DNA from: a virus
Taxonomy: Duplodnaviria > Caudoviricetes
DNA length: 64,000 bases
Virus record (IMG/VR): IMGVR_UViG_3300005805_009925
Span: 1,284 to 65,283 of that record
Direction: 5' to 3' (one strand)
In this document: positions 54,769-64,000 of the stretch, piece by piece
Layout of the letters: each line of letters starts with the position of its first letter
Position numbering within the stretch: position 1 is the first letter of the stretch
Translations under genes and position numbers: made by a program
The notes under the pieces: generated by a model
What the model was told of the DNA's origin: nothing
The model's input: only the letters and a program-made list of their open reading frames with translations
Databases searched by the model: none

Positions 54769-56319
54769 TTAAACATTAATAAACTGCATTTGATGGTATG
54801 CTGTATATGGATCTGGTTCATTGATAGGATTAAGATTTACCTGAGTCAATGGATCTAGGGTTTTCTCATCCGCTAACAGTATACCTTCAAAAGCATGATA
54901 ACATACTTGGTAGCTTATTCTTGTTTCTCCGCCATTACCACCATTGTAACTTATCATGTGTGCTATTTCATCGTCTTCTTCAAGCCATATTTGAGCAGTA
55001 CCCTGTACACTCCATGGTAGACTACTCATTTTCTCGATGAATAAAGCTCTGGCAGTATTGTCAATTGTCACGCTAGGCCAAGTCCATAAATCCCACGGCT
55101 CTATATCTAGACTTTTATATATTCTATTGACGTATAAATCAGCAATCCTACGTCGAACCAATAGGTAATAGTGTATCCTAGTGTTTATGAATGGGATCAT
55201 GTCTGATGCCACTTGAGGACTAACCCATCTATATCCTTGAGTAGTACCACTGATTAGATATAAACCAGATTTTGATACTTTGCCGAATCTAGTGTAAGCA
55301 CTTTGTATTTGTGATCGTTGCGAGCTACCCCAATCCCATTGAGTATCTTTAGCATTGTTACTGTAGTTACTGAGATTGTATGGTATCGTTGATCCAGGTG
55401 CATTCTGCCATCCCCAAGGACCTATAAAAAGAGTATTGATGAAAGCTGCTCCATCGTATCCAAAGCCTACCGCAGTATCTCCTGCTTGATCTTTAATCCA
55501 AACTGTAGATAAAGCACCTTCCAGACTTGACTCAGTTGCTTCTAAGACTATGTTCCCACCCTTTACTGAATCAGTTGCGTAGCCAGCTAAAATACCTGCT
55601 CTATTTCGGTATTTTATACTTATGCCTGAGCCTGCTTCTAATTGCGCTGCAGTAACAAACTCATCTTCAAAAAGACCTTTCTCTCCAGCTACACGAGTGT
55701 TGAGTTCTGTTCGGTCTGGTATTTCATCATATATCCTGTAACCAGATGGGGTTATATTAAACGCTGCATCGTATTGCAATGAATGCAAACCATTCTGATT
55801 CCAGCATAAGTCATAATATCCACCTTCCCTAATACCAGTATTCCTTACTTTAGGAAGATCTGATTGTGGAACTGTAATTGTGTATATAGTGGCGGTAACA
55901 GAATAAGCTAATACAGTTCCAGCATTAACTTTCTGCACTAGTCTAACCCAGACTCCACCCAGATATTCCCAGTATGAATTGTCAGAAGTTACTAGAGCGG
56001 TGTTATACTGGTACATACCAGTAATAGCAAACAATGCAGTTCTGTCGGCTACAGTATATGTTGTTGTAGGTGGAAGTGATGTAGTTGCTACAGAAACTAC
56101 ATAATGATTATCATCTGTTGTATCTGTGCCCCACCTTCCATGACCAAAGATTGGAATGTCAGGGTTAGTATATGTCCCGTCCTCTATCCATTTAAGGACT
56201 ACATTCGTTCCATACGTAAATGAAACTGTAGTAGATTGAGGTAATTCATTGCCAGCACCTGCATCTATACGCCCATTCATCCATGGAACTATACCACTAG
56301 AACTAGGTGGAAATGCCAT
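54769..56319 (-). CDS. putative tail-associated structural protein
   Basis: 516 aa, beta-rich, aromatic-rich. Confidence 0.5.
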   Translation of the reverse strand: MAFPPSSSGIVPWMNGRIDAGAGNELPQSTTVSFTYGTNVVLKWIEDGTYTNPDIPIFGHGRWGTDTTDDNHYVVSVATTSLPPTTTYTVADRTALFAITGMYQYNTALVTSDNSYWEYLGGVWVRLVQKVNAGTVLAYSVTATIYTITVPQSDLPKVRNTGIREGGYYDLCWNQNGLHSLQYDAAFNITPSGYRIYDEIPDRTELNTRVAGEKGLFEDEFVTAAQLEAGSGISIKYRNRAGILAGYATDSVKGGNIVLEATESSLEGALSTVWIKDQAGDTAVGFGYDGAAFINTLFIGPWGWQNAPGSTIPYNLSNYSNNAKDTQWDWGSSQRSQIQSAYTRFGKVSKSGLYLISGTTQGYRWVSPQVASDMIPFINTRIHYYLLVRRRIADLYVNRIYKSLDIEPWDLWTWPSVTIDNTARALFIEKMSSLPWSVQGTAQIWLEEDDEIAHMISYNGGNGGETRISYQVCYHAFEGILLADEKTLDPLTQVNLNPINEPDPYTAYHQMQFINV

Positions 56320-57863
56320 TAGCTTTTCCTCAAGATATATCTGAATCGCATTTCTGTCGGTTTCATTCTGCTCATTGTAGCATATATTCTAACGGTATTT
56401 CCATTCAAACCAATTACATGTGGGAAGTTTCTGAATCTAATCTTTCCTGCATCATTATCAGCTGGACCCATACTTTCACCAGCCATTGTAAGAGAGCCGC
56501 TTCTATAATAAATCAGTTGTCCAGCTGCATTAAGATTTATATCAAATAGCTGAAACTCAAAATTGCTTGGATTTCCCAAATTCCAGTTATGGACAATATC
56601 TACATACTTACGATAACCATAACGGTAGTCTGGCTTAATTGTAGTTATGTAGTCAAAATTGCTGTTTTCAAATACTATTTCACCAAATAACACTACGTTA
56701 TTTGTTCCTGGTGGGTATATTATTTTTTCTGGATCTATAGATATGTCAATATCGTCATTGTTTCTTGTCGCTATAATTCCGTTAAGACCAGTAAACTTAA
56801 CAGTAGCTCCAGATACTACGGCCTGCGTCCCTACAGTTCCACTAGCCTGAATATTCCAAGTGTAGGATGCAGCACTTGGTGCTATCCAGGTTTTAATTGT
56901 TCTCTGACCAGTGCCATTATCTATAACTTCATGCCATGCTTGACTTGTATATCCAGCTGGCTTTGTTACAGTGTCATTATCCCAGTTGATAATTGTAGTA
57001 TCCTGAGCACCTACATTAGTTCCATCTTGGCGTAGTTGAAGTGGTCTATTGATTGTAAATAGATTGCCGATTGGGTTTAATGTAACCGTTACACCGTTCG
57101 TTCCAGTCCATGTTACGGTATCAGTATCAGCTACATTTACAGTAGTAGTACCGTCGGAAGCATTCCAATCCGTTCCACCACCCCCACCACCTCCACCGCC
57201 TCTATGATACCAGCCAATAATTCGCCTAATTCCATTTCCCATTTCTTGAACTTGGAAATGAATTTGGTCTTGGTAATCAAAAGGTTTTTGATTGCCTTCA
57301 TTAAAGAAGTCTAATCCTATTGTTCCAGCATCACCAATAGCTATACTGCGTTGATAAACAGTCAACGGACGATCTATTAGTATACCGCCATTCTGAGTAC
57401 CGACAATTACACCATTAGTTCCATTGAATGCCAGAACAGAATTATACTTAACATCTATGGTATTTCCGCCTGCACGAGCAATCCACTTATAGTTGATTGC
57501 ACTAATAGTAAGTTTACGACCAGGTTGCGCAAATACATCTATACCATTATCGCCTATGAACTCTACAGTGTCATTATTGTTAACTGGCTGGCTATTGTAC
57601 GCTTTAGCCTTTACGTTCCACTTGTAGGTCGTAGACACAGGCTTAGGTTGTTCTGGAGTCTGCTGTGCTGATTGAGTTTGTAGGGCTATCTGTTGAGCCG
57701 TAGCATCAGCTGCCTGCTGTTCTTGAACTTGCTGGAGAGCCATCTTGAGACGACGCATCTCCTCGTTAGCCATTGAAGCGCCATCGGGAGTAGAGTAGTC
57801 ACGTACATCCTGTACAGATAAATTAGTCTGGGATGGTACTATTCTGGGTCGCTTCGGTGGCAT
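56319..57863 (-). CDS. putative tail fibre with four W-x(12-15)-V-x-F-x-G-x-N-G repeats
   Basis: DTVEFIGDNG, VLAFNGTNG, DTVTWTGTNG, ATVKFTGLNG; N-terminal coiled coil; poly-Gly hinge. Confidence 0.6.
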   Translation of the reverse strand: MPPKRPRIVPSQTNLSVQDVRDYSTPDGASMANEEMRRLKMALQQVQEQQAADATAQQIALQTQSAQQTPEQPKPVSTTYKWNVKAKAYNSQPVNNNDTVEFIGDNGIDVFAQPGRKLTISAINYKWIARAGGNTIDVKYNSVLAFNGTNGVIVGTQNGGILIDRPLTVYQRSIAIGDAGTIGLDFFNEGNQKPFDYQDQIHFQVQEMGNGIRRIIGWYHRGGGGGGGGGTDWNASDGTTTVNVADTDTVTWTGTNGVTVTLNPIGNLFTINRPLQLRQDGTNVGAQDTTIINWDNDTVTKPAGYTSQAWHEVIDNGTGQRTIKTWIAPSAASYTWNIQASGTVGTQAVVSGATVKFTGLNGIIATRNNDDIDISIDPEKIIYPPGTNNVVLFGEIVFENSNFDYITTIKPDYRYGYRKYVDIVHNWNLGNPSNFEFQLFDINLNAAGQLIYYRSGSLTMAGESMGPADNDAGKIRFRNFPHVIGLNGNTVRIYATMSRMKPTEMRFRYILRKS

Positions 57864-58074
57864 CTTTAATTTTCTCGATTGGTATCATTATGAAGAATTT
57901 CGGGTATTCATGTACTACGTCAACTAACCAGATTTCTCCTTCATTAAGTGCACAGCCTTGGTAGCGTTTGGATAACAATCCAACGCGACCTTGCCTAGTC
58001 TTACCTATCAAACTGGTTTCACCAGAATGTATCTTAACGGTAGTCCTAGGTCTATGTAACCAGTCCTGATGCAT
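57823..58074 (-). CDS. small hypothetical protein
   Basis: 83-aa ORF filling the gap. Confidence 0.45.
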   Translation of the reverse strand: MHQDWLHRPRTTVKIHSGETSLIGKTRQGRVGLLSKRYQGCALNEGEIWLVDVVHEYPKFFIMIPIEKIKDATEATQNSTIPD

Positions 58075-58117
58075 AAAAAACCAATAGGGCGTAACTATAC
58101 GAAGTTACCGCCCTATT
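58075..58117 (-). terminator. intrinsic terminator after SSB
   Basis: aatagggcg/cgccctatt stem; A-run at 58075-58080 gives the U-tract. Confidence 0.7.
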
Positions 58118-58139
58118 AGCTCTTATCTTTCAGGCATTG

Positions 58140-58508
58140 CTAGAATGGAATGTCATCCATGAATTTCTGTTGTGATGGGGTCATCTGAACTGGAGCATCC
58201 TGACTTGGTGCAGGAGTTTGCGCTGTTTGTCCAGTAGGTACAACATCACACTTCCATCCATTAAGATAGCAAAAGGCTTGAGTGCTATCACCTTTCTTAA
58301 CACGTCCACCTGGAAACGTATCTACTTCTACGTAATCCCCTACCTTAACTGAGTCAACAGCCGACATCTTATCTCCATAAAATGTCACAGGAAAGTAGTT
58401 TGGATATTTCTCCCCAGATTCAACAATAATTCTTTTCGACTCTTTCCCCATGCCGAACTTTTCTACGGGTGATACGTAAGTAACCACCCCTGCAAACTTG
58501 AAGTTCAT
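58140..58508 (-). CDS. single-stranded DNA-binding protein, DUF3127-like
   Basis: OB-fold pattern YPNYFPVTF..DK...VKVGD.VEV...LNGWK; acidic DDIPF tail. Confidence 0.85.
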   Translation of the reverse strand: MNFKFAGVVTYVSPVEKFGMGKESKRIIVESGEKYPNYFPVTFYGDKMSAVDSVKVGDYVEVDTFPGGRVKKGDSTQAFCYLNGWKCDVVPTGQTAQTPAPSQDAPVQMTPSQQKFMDDIPF

Positions 58509-59386
58509 TCTTGAACATCCTCTTGTAAAGTTGATAATTTAGACCAGTCTATGTGCCGATATACATCGTAGAGTCTATGCACACTTCCTATCTCTAGGTG
58601 CGGTGCATTATCTCCACGACTAGATCCGTAGCCATGAATCGTAATGTTGTATCCACGACCGCGCTTCCATAATCGCATTGTGTGCTCAGTCATCGGATTC
58701 TCATTTTTTTCTTGGTCGTCATCCTGAGCTTTACCGACATTGCCTTTAATACCAAAAGTATGGATAGGCAAGGTTAAGTTCTTATTACACCAAGAATCTA
58801 TACCACCGTACTGTTGCATGAAGGAACGAAATTCCTCCATATAGTTGTAATGACGCATTACCGTTACATCCTTTATCAAAGTTGGTTTCTTGTGCTGTAG
58901 CCTTGGACTCTTAACACTGCGTACATTTAAGATATTCCTTGGCTTATTAAATTTGAAGTCAGGGAACTTTGATTTAACAGCACTGTAATCCCTGTTGTTT
59001 TTCCAAAATGAAGCTAGGGCAGCTTTTATGAATATAGTTGATACCGCATAAACTAGAGCTTTAGCAGTACAATTAAGCGCCTTCGCCTCTTCAAATACTC
59101 TCTCTTTAACATCGCGTCGCATTTTAACTGGGACTAATTCCTCTTCAGAATCTGCATAGAATCTTGCTATTATCTTGACGTTATTCCTAGATAACTTTAG
59201 CACTGATTCCATGGCAACCAATAGTGCATCTCCTTGAGTATGCTTTATCAATCTACGTTCTTCTAAAAGCATAGCCGTGGCTTGCAGTGTCATAACTACA
59301 GACTTAGGCAGACTGATTTTATAGTGCTCGGTAGATTTCTGCGGCATGGTTGCATTCGTAAGCATAAGCAGCATAAGATGCGGCAA
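58505..59386 (-). CDS. hypothetical protein, possibly DNA-binding
   Basis: basic; start uncertain. Confidence 0.55.
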   Translation of the reverse strand: MPHLMLLMLTNATMPQKSTEHYKISLPKSVVMTLQATAMLLEERRLIKHTQGDALLVAMESVLKLSRNNVKIIARFYADSEEELVPVKMRRDVKERVFEEAKALNCTAKALVYAVSTIFIKAALASFWKNNRDYSAVKSKFPDFKFNKPRNILNVRSVKSPRLQHKKPTLIKDVTVMRHYNYMEEFRSFMQQYGGIDSWCNKNLTLPIHTFGIKGNVGKAQDDDQEKNENPMTEHTMRLWKRGRGYNITIHGYGSSRGDNAPHLEIGSVHRLYDVYRHIDWSKLSTLQEDVQE

Positions 59387-59996
59387 CTGTCTCCCAATTG
59401 ACTGAACTTATCTGCAATCCCTCAGACTTACATTGATTGCATCTTGTCAGCAATAATCCATTGTGTTCCATCAACTCTGGATCTTCTGCATCAGAGGTGC
59501 AAAACGAGCACCTCTGATACAGAAAGAAATTGCGATCTATAGTAGACCAAGCAGTTGGGGGGATTCTGCCCATCAGCCAAGACCGCAAGTGACCCAAAGT
59601 AGCATGCGCGATTTCAGGATCAGCAGTACCTTGCGCTACCATAGCCACACGCTGCACGGCTGCTTTGATATATGCTAGTATATCGTTGGCTTCCCTTTGG
59701 CTTATAGTGTTAATACCCAAAGCCAGTAGGAATGTACCCCATGTTTTATATGGTGAGCCAGCGCTTACCTGATGATCCTGAAATGCCTTCAAAAAGTCAG
59801 CATCATTATCATACAAGTCAGAAACTTGTATGCATTCTCTTAATGCCGACATACTCAGACCTGTCATGATACAAAGTTGTCGTATGCTCACGCCTAGCGT
59901 AGATGCTAGTTTGCACTCCTTACCTATACGGTAAAGCCTGAGTGCTTCGGAGACAGCAAGACCAGGACTGTCCTCATATTGAGGTTTAATTTGCAT
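59319..59996 (-). CDS. hypothetical protein with CxxC pairs
   Basis: CSFC...CNQC. Confidence 0.6.
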   Translation of the reverse strand: MQIKPQYEDSPGLAVSEALRLYRIGKECKLASTLGVSIRQLCIMTGLSMSALRECIQVSDLYDNDADFLKAFQDHQVSAGSPYKTWGTFLLALGINTISQREANDILAYIKAAVQRVAMVAQGTADPEIAHATLGHLRSWLMGRIPPTAWSTIDRNFFLYQRCSFCTSDAEDPELMEHNGLLLTRCNQCKSEGLQISSVNWETVAASYAAYAYECNHAAEIYRAL

Positions 59997-60205
59997 TACT
60001 TGCCATCACCTAAAGAAGACGCAAGCAGATGTGCTTTGAAGATTTCGATAGCACCAAGTTGCTCTAGTGCTGTAAGATTACTACTTACATTAATCTTTAC
60101 ACCTTCTGTAGTAAAGATTAGCTCTATACCGAGCTTACGCTCTACTGAAGACACTTCGTCTGTTGATGGAATTTCTTCCGCTGTTGCGCCAATGATTTCA
60201 CTCAT
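59996..60205 (-). CDS. small hypothetical protein
   Basis: coupled ORF. Confidence 0.6.
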   Translation of the reverse strand: MSEIIGATAEEIPSTDEVSSVERKLGIELIFTTEGVKINVSSNLTALEQLGAIEIFKAHLLASSLGDGK

Positions 60206-60492
60206 GACTTTACCTTTCTTGGGTTGCGTGGAACTTTAACTGTTTTCTTTATTATTTCTTCAGACTTCGGTTTACCAGATACACGTCCATCAAGAACTGC
60301 AACTGTTCTATTTGTCTTAGCAACAACAGACTCAAGCTCAGCAATTCTTTGGTTTGTAACATGTACCTTATGGCTAATCCATTCATGGAAGTTGTTGATT
60401 TCCTTAACAACTCCTTGTATGTGCCATATTGCATATAACGCTATTAGAAGCGTTACGAAAACTACACTCAGAATGACTTCATTCATGTGCAT
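60202..60492 (-). CDS. N-terminal membrane anchor plus coiled-coil protein
   Basis: VILSVVFVTLLIALYAIW then heptads. Confidence 0.55.
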   Translation of the reverse strand: MHMNEVILSVVFVTLLIALYAIWHIQGVVKEINNFHEWISHKVHVTNQRIAELESVVAKTNRTVAVLDGRVSGKPKSEEIIKKTVKVPRNPRKVKS

Positions 60493-60497
60493 CTCCT

Positions 60498-60764
60498 TTA
60501 ATGAATAATACTTGGTTTTTCTTGATCGCCTTCATCTGGATTTAGTAAAAGCATTTTGCGATTTGTAGCCGTACCGAGACAGGACATAAGCTCCATTACT
60601 CCAATCTTCGGAAGATTGTGTTGTTTACAGAACTCCAGCGCGAGCTTATCTCCATGTCGGATGCCACCCTTGCCCACAACTGCTTCTATAAGATCTACTG
60701 TGTTTAGCAGTTTATCTACGCTAAATCCAGTAAGAACTGCTACTATATTGTCTTTCTCATTCAT
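60498..60764 (-). CDS. hypothetical protein
   Basis: coupled ORF, GGAG RBS downstream. Confidence 0.55.
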   Translation of the reverse strand: MNEKDNIVAVLTGFSVDKLLNTVDLIEAVVGKGGIRHGDKLALEFCKQHNLPKIGVMELMSCLGTATNRKMLLLNPDEGDQEKPSIIH

Positions 60765-61107
60765 CGAATAGACTTTCTACCGTTGGTAAATTAAGCCCAG
60801 TACTGCTTGAATTTTCGCTCAAATCAATCAGCGAGCAAATATGCGATAATGCCTGCTGCTCACTTGGACTTGTCACTAAGTTCCCGTTTGACTCCGCTCC
60901 TGCTACGATTAGGTTTCCTTTTTTGGCTACGCTGATCCAGCCCCTCATCCCCATCAGTGGAGTTATGTAGAGAACCCTGACCTCGAACCCCTTGTACTTG
61001 CATTTCGTAGGCAATTGCTTGGTCAAGTGAATCAACGAAGGCTCCTTGACCTCCGTGTTTTTTGACTGCTTCGATGAACTCTTTTTGCTTTTCTCGTTTT
61101 GCGCCAT
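60757..61107 (-). CDS. hypothetical protein overlapping VRR-NUC
   Basis: real start probably downstream of 61107. Confidence 0.45.
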   Translation of the reverse strand: MAQNEKSKKSSSKQSKNTEVKEPSLIHLTKQLPTKCKYKGFEVRVLYITPLMGMRGWISVAKKGNLIVAGAESNGNLVTSPSEQQALSHICSLIDLSENSSSTGLNLPTVESLFDE

Positions 61108-61330
61108 TTTTCCTTTTAACCTCTATCCAGAATTGTACATTTTTCCCAAAGACAAAAAGGTCTGGAACCCCACTATGAGATTTACCACCTACTTTGCCAA
61201 ACCAGGTATAATACCATACCCAGTTACCACTCCCTGCTTTGCCACCACCGCTATTAAATCGTATCACTTCGTAACCAAGTTTGACAAAATAATCGCAAAT
61301 GCTGGCCTGAACCTGGGACTCAGGTATTAT
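60860..61330 (-). CDS. VRR-NUC domain nuclease (Holliday-junction resolvase-like)
   Basis: GVPDL...WIEVK...QKEF; conserved N-terminal helix lies upstream of GTG 61267, so the start is uncertain. Confidence 0.8.
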   Translation of the reverse strand: MIPESQVQASICDYFVKLGYEVIRFNSGGGKAGSGNWVWYYTWFGKVGGKSHSGVPDLFVFGKNVQFWIEVKRKNGAKREKQKEFIEAVKKHGGQGAFVDSLDQAIAYEMQVQGVRGQGSLHNSTDGDEGLDQRSQKRKPNRSRSGVKRELSDKSK

Positions 61331-61353
61331 TGGCTTGCCTTCTTTGTCTAGCT

Positions 61354-62373
61354 TTAAGACTCTGTTGCTACGGATAATACTTCTTCCTTTCTAATGGATC
61401 CAGTTTTGAATGTCCTCTTCCCATTCTTATCTGCTTTCCATGTAATCTTCCCAAATCTTTCTCCGAAATCTAGCACTGGTGCATCAGCTAAACGCTCACG
61501 TAACCGTTGCTCGCGCAGTGCTAGTGCTCGCTGAAGACTTTCCTGTTCATCCTTAATTATCAGAAGCTCTGCTAGAGTAGCTAAATCTTCTTCAGTAGCA
61601 CGAACTATAGTGTCTACTTCTTTAGTACCATCACGATATTTCTCTTTCAAGAAATCGGTGTATGCGTCAGAGCCATCAGGAGGAGGAACGAGATGCTGAA
61701 TGTCAAGCTCCATACCACCAGCTTCAAGAATCTTACGTGCTTCAAGTAAATCCTCCCAGAAACTCCCTACTTTCTCGATAATTCGTTCTTGAATTTCTCG
61801 GCTTGCTTCAAATGGAATCACGTCAATTTTACTGTTTGACTCCAAGATAGCAAGCTCGGCATACTTCACTTCACAGACTAGCATGTAGTGCTGAATCTGA
61901 ATGATATAGTGAATAGGTACACCTGACTCCCACTTCTGCGCTTCCCAGTGATTGATTGTCTTAATCTCTAAAACTGCTCGGTCCTTACCCTGCTTAAACA
62001 ATCTATCAGGGTTAGCAAATAGAAATGGGTACTTAGGATTTGTTATGATACGGCTTAACTTCATAGGCTTGCGTATAACTTTGCCAGCCTCATAGTTAGA
62101 TGCGATTGAATCTACGCCTATGTTTGGATCATAGAATGACCATAAGCGAGCAATCTTATCCTCATCTTCGTTCCCAATAATCATTGCTAACGAAGTGTGC
62201 CTTTTCGACGCCAAGCCGAGCTTCTCATAGAATACCTGAGCAGAGCAAGAATAAGGAGAAAGCCCAAGAATAGAGGCACTTTCAGAACCTCCAACACCCA
62301 TCTGCTGACGTTGTTCAAGCCAGTCCTCACGGTTGGTAAACGCATGAAACTTCAAACCACCCCACGGCTTCAT
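61354..62373 (-). CDS. YqaJ/lambda-exonuclease family recombinase nuclease
   Basis: WLEQR..GVGGSE, ANPDR, LEIKT, YIIQIQHY. Confidence 0.92.
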   Translation of the reverse strand: MKPWGGLKFHAFTNREDWLEQRQQMGVGGSESASILGLSPYSCSAQVFYEKLGLASKRHTSLAMIIGNEDEDKIARLWSFYDPNIGVDSIASNYEAGKVIRKPMKLSRIITNPKYPFLFANPDRLFKQGKDRAVLEIKTINHWEAQKWESGVPIHYIIQIQHYMLVCEVKYAELAILESNSKIDVIPFEASREIQERIIEKVGSFWEDLLEARKILEAGGMELDIQHLVPPPDGSDAYTDFLKEKYRDGTKEVDTIVRATEEDLATLAELLIIKDEQESLQRALALREQRLRERLADAPVLDFGERFGKITWKADKNGKRTFKTGSIRKEEVLSVATES

Positions 62374-62374
62374 A

Positions 62375-63085
62375 TTAATTCTCCCCTAATGCTTTTACTG
62401 CGCGATTATTTAATCTAGCTCCGCGCTTAGCTGCGTCCTCAGTATCTGGCGAGGCTGAGTTTGACTGAGCTAGTTCTTCTGCGGTGTAAAGGCCAGCAAG
62501 TGTTTCAGGGAAACCACGTCGTAGAGCTTTAGCCTCAGCGCACTTCTCAAGCATCGTATGTCCCATTTTAGCCCACATCTGCGTAGGCTTACGTGTGCGC
62601 GAAGCTGAGTCATAAAAGAATACGCAGTACTCTTCATACATAGCTGTGGCGCTGAACTGGTTCCACTGATTGCTCTCAGGATGGTAGCGCTTTACGTACA
62701 CAGTGGCTGATAGCAGGCTGCCGTCTTCCTTGTACTTAAACACAGTATCATCACCAGGCGCATACAGTCCAGTACGGATAGCCATGGATCGGTAACCATC
62801 AATTCCTACGATAATCGTATATCGAACTTCGCCTGTCTTTGACATCGTATGCGACTGTAGGATAATCTGACCGCTCATTGGGTCCAAACCCAAAGCCTTG
62901 GCACGACTCAAAAATGCAAAGGCTTCATCAATAGGAACACCTTGTGGCATCTTTGACCAAATCATTTTAAGCTCTTCTGGACTCCAGCCTAGCTCCCTGA
63001 TTCTGGACTTGTAATAGTCAGCATCAAAACTGACACGCTTGTCAGGAACTTGATCCTGCTGCAATTCAACGATTTCGCTTGACAT
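62375..63085 (-). CDS. bet: phage single-strand annealing protein Bet (Red-beta/RecT family)
   Basis: GLDPMSGQI, IVGIDGYR, W.KMGHTMLEKCAEAKALRRGFP. Confidence 0.9.
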   Translation of the reverse strand: MSSEIVELQQDQVPDKRVSFDADYYKSRIRELGWSPEELKMIWSKMPQGVPIDEAFAFLSRAKALGLDPMSGQIILQSHTMSKTGEVRYTIIVGIDGYRSMAIRTGLYAPGDDTVFKYKEDGSLLSATVYVKRYHPESNQWNQFSATAMYEEYCVFFYDSASRTRKPTQMWAKMGHTMLEKCAEAKALRRGFPETLAGLYTAEELAQSNSASPDTEDAAKRGARLNNRAVKALGEN

Positions 63086-63542
63086 TTTCTTCCTTTTGGT
63101 TTTTAATAAATTCCTCGTTCCCCAACACTGTCATAGTAACCCAGCCTAGCTGCTTTACTTTATAGCCTGCGCACGGCTTGCCTCGTATAGCCGCGAAGTA
63201 AAGAGACTTATACCTTTCAGGAAAGTTCTCTTTCATCCAGCCTAGTAGATTATTGATTTCAAACTCTTTCCCGTTTGGATCAGTAATCAATACTCTTGAT
63301 ACCCTTGTAGGTGCTCGCTCTTTTGTAGATACAGCCCTTTGTCTTTTAGGCTTACCTATCTCTAAATGATTCGTTATTGCCTCCAGTACATCGACTCCGT
63401 GCTCAACATGAAAAGGACCTCCCTCGAAGTAAAAAAACTCAACACCAGACTTTATTAGGTCAGCAACAACCCTTAACGGTACTTGCAAAGAACGAGTACC
63501 AACATCTAATTTGCCAGACCCGTCTGGATAAATTATGTTCAT
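63066..63542 (-). CDS. hypothetical protein with NUMOD1-like C-terminal segment
   Basis: LITDPNGKEFEI.NL..W...GYKVK pattern. Confidence 0.55.
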   Translation of the reverse strand: MNIIYPDGSGKLDVGTRSLQVPLRVVADLIKSGVEFFYFEGGPFHVEHGVDVLEAITNHLEIGKPKRQRAVSTKERAPTRVSRVLITDPNGKEFEINNLLGWMKENFPERYKSLYFAAIRGKPCAGYKVKQLGWVTMTVLGNEEFIKNQKEENVKRNR

Positions 63543-64000
63543 GCCTGAATGTTGTTTAATTCTAATACCTCTAAAGCAAGTGTGTCTTTTATAGGTATAC
63601 TATATCCAGATATATTTCTGTAGATATAGTGATCTCCTACACGCAATAGCGCTGGAGGACTTGCTCCATGACGAGTGTCGTGAAATGATGCTACTGTAGC
63701 TACAATATCGTACTTGCCAGTATCATTTATTTCAACAATCCTAGCAACACTACTAGGCTTGTATATGCGCCAGCTAGAACCATCGCTTCTTGTAGCAATA
63801 AGCTGGTGAATTTCTTCAGCACCTATAGCAACAATCCACGATGCGCCCAACACATTATCACAAGCCTGCCATATACCCCAATCGCGATTGATTGGGCTAA
63901 TAGAGTCTATGGTTCTAATCTGCGAAAATCGGTCAGCCTCATCGAGACCACCGATATGCATGAGAAAACCTGCGACTATATTAGCGTAGCTCAGTTCCAT
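63539..64000 (-). CDS. hypothetical protein, possibly 5'-truncated by the window edge
   Basis: ORF reaches position 64000. Confidence 0.5.
   Translation of the reverse strand: MELSYANIVAGFLMHIGGLDEADRFSQIRTIDSISPINRDWGIWQACDNVLGASWIVAIGAEEIHQLIATRSDGSSWRIYKPSSVARIVEINDTGKYDIVATVASFHDTRHGASPPALLRVGDHYIYRNISGYSIPIKDTLALEVLELNNIQA

Noticed and set aside
1-64000. Stop-codon recoding as in some crAss-like phages
   Set aside because: Very long genes are intact in code 11, and TAG and TGA both act as normal stops with tight coupling.

Overview
The window is a 64-kb segment of a dsDNA tailed phage with podovirus-type (P22/crAss-like) morphogenesis genes, read in standard code 11. The host is probably Bacteroidota-related. 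This is an inference from a DUF3127-type SSB and TTG-N19-21-TAnnTTGC promoter-like sites. Layout: small basic proteins and an ADP-ribosyltransferase-like gene (+, 0.07-2.6 kb); ThyX, a dual-frame C5 DNA methyltransferase, dCMP deaminase and small genes (-, 2.8-7.5 kb); a GC-rich divergence point (about 7.9-8.0 kb); an array of about 24 small early-type genes (+, 8.2-14.4 kb); two receptor-binding-like proteins and a tyrosine recombinase (+, 14.5-20.2 kb); the main virion operon from terminase to a 3438-aa ejection protein (-, 51.3 to 20.2 kb); pilot-like proteins (+), further structural genes, SSB, VRR-NUC, YqaJ exonuclease and Bet (-). I recognised no DNA polymerase, primase, RNA polymerase, lysin, rRNA, canonical tRNA or CRISPR array. 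The best candidate for an undescribed system is in the early region. Three 44-46-nt anticodon-less tRNA-like elements share one geometry (7-bp stem, GG-containing linker, 6-bp stem, TTCGA[T/G]T loop, then CAA) but have different, compensating stem sequences. They lie just after stop codons, interleaved with seven copies of a 28-bp motif that punctuates single-gene cassettes. All calls are from visual motif reading; no database searches were run.
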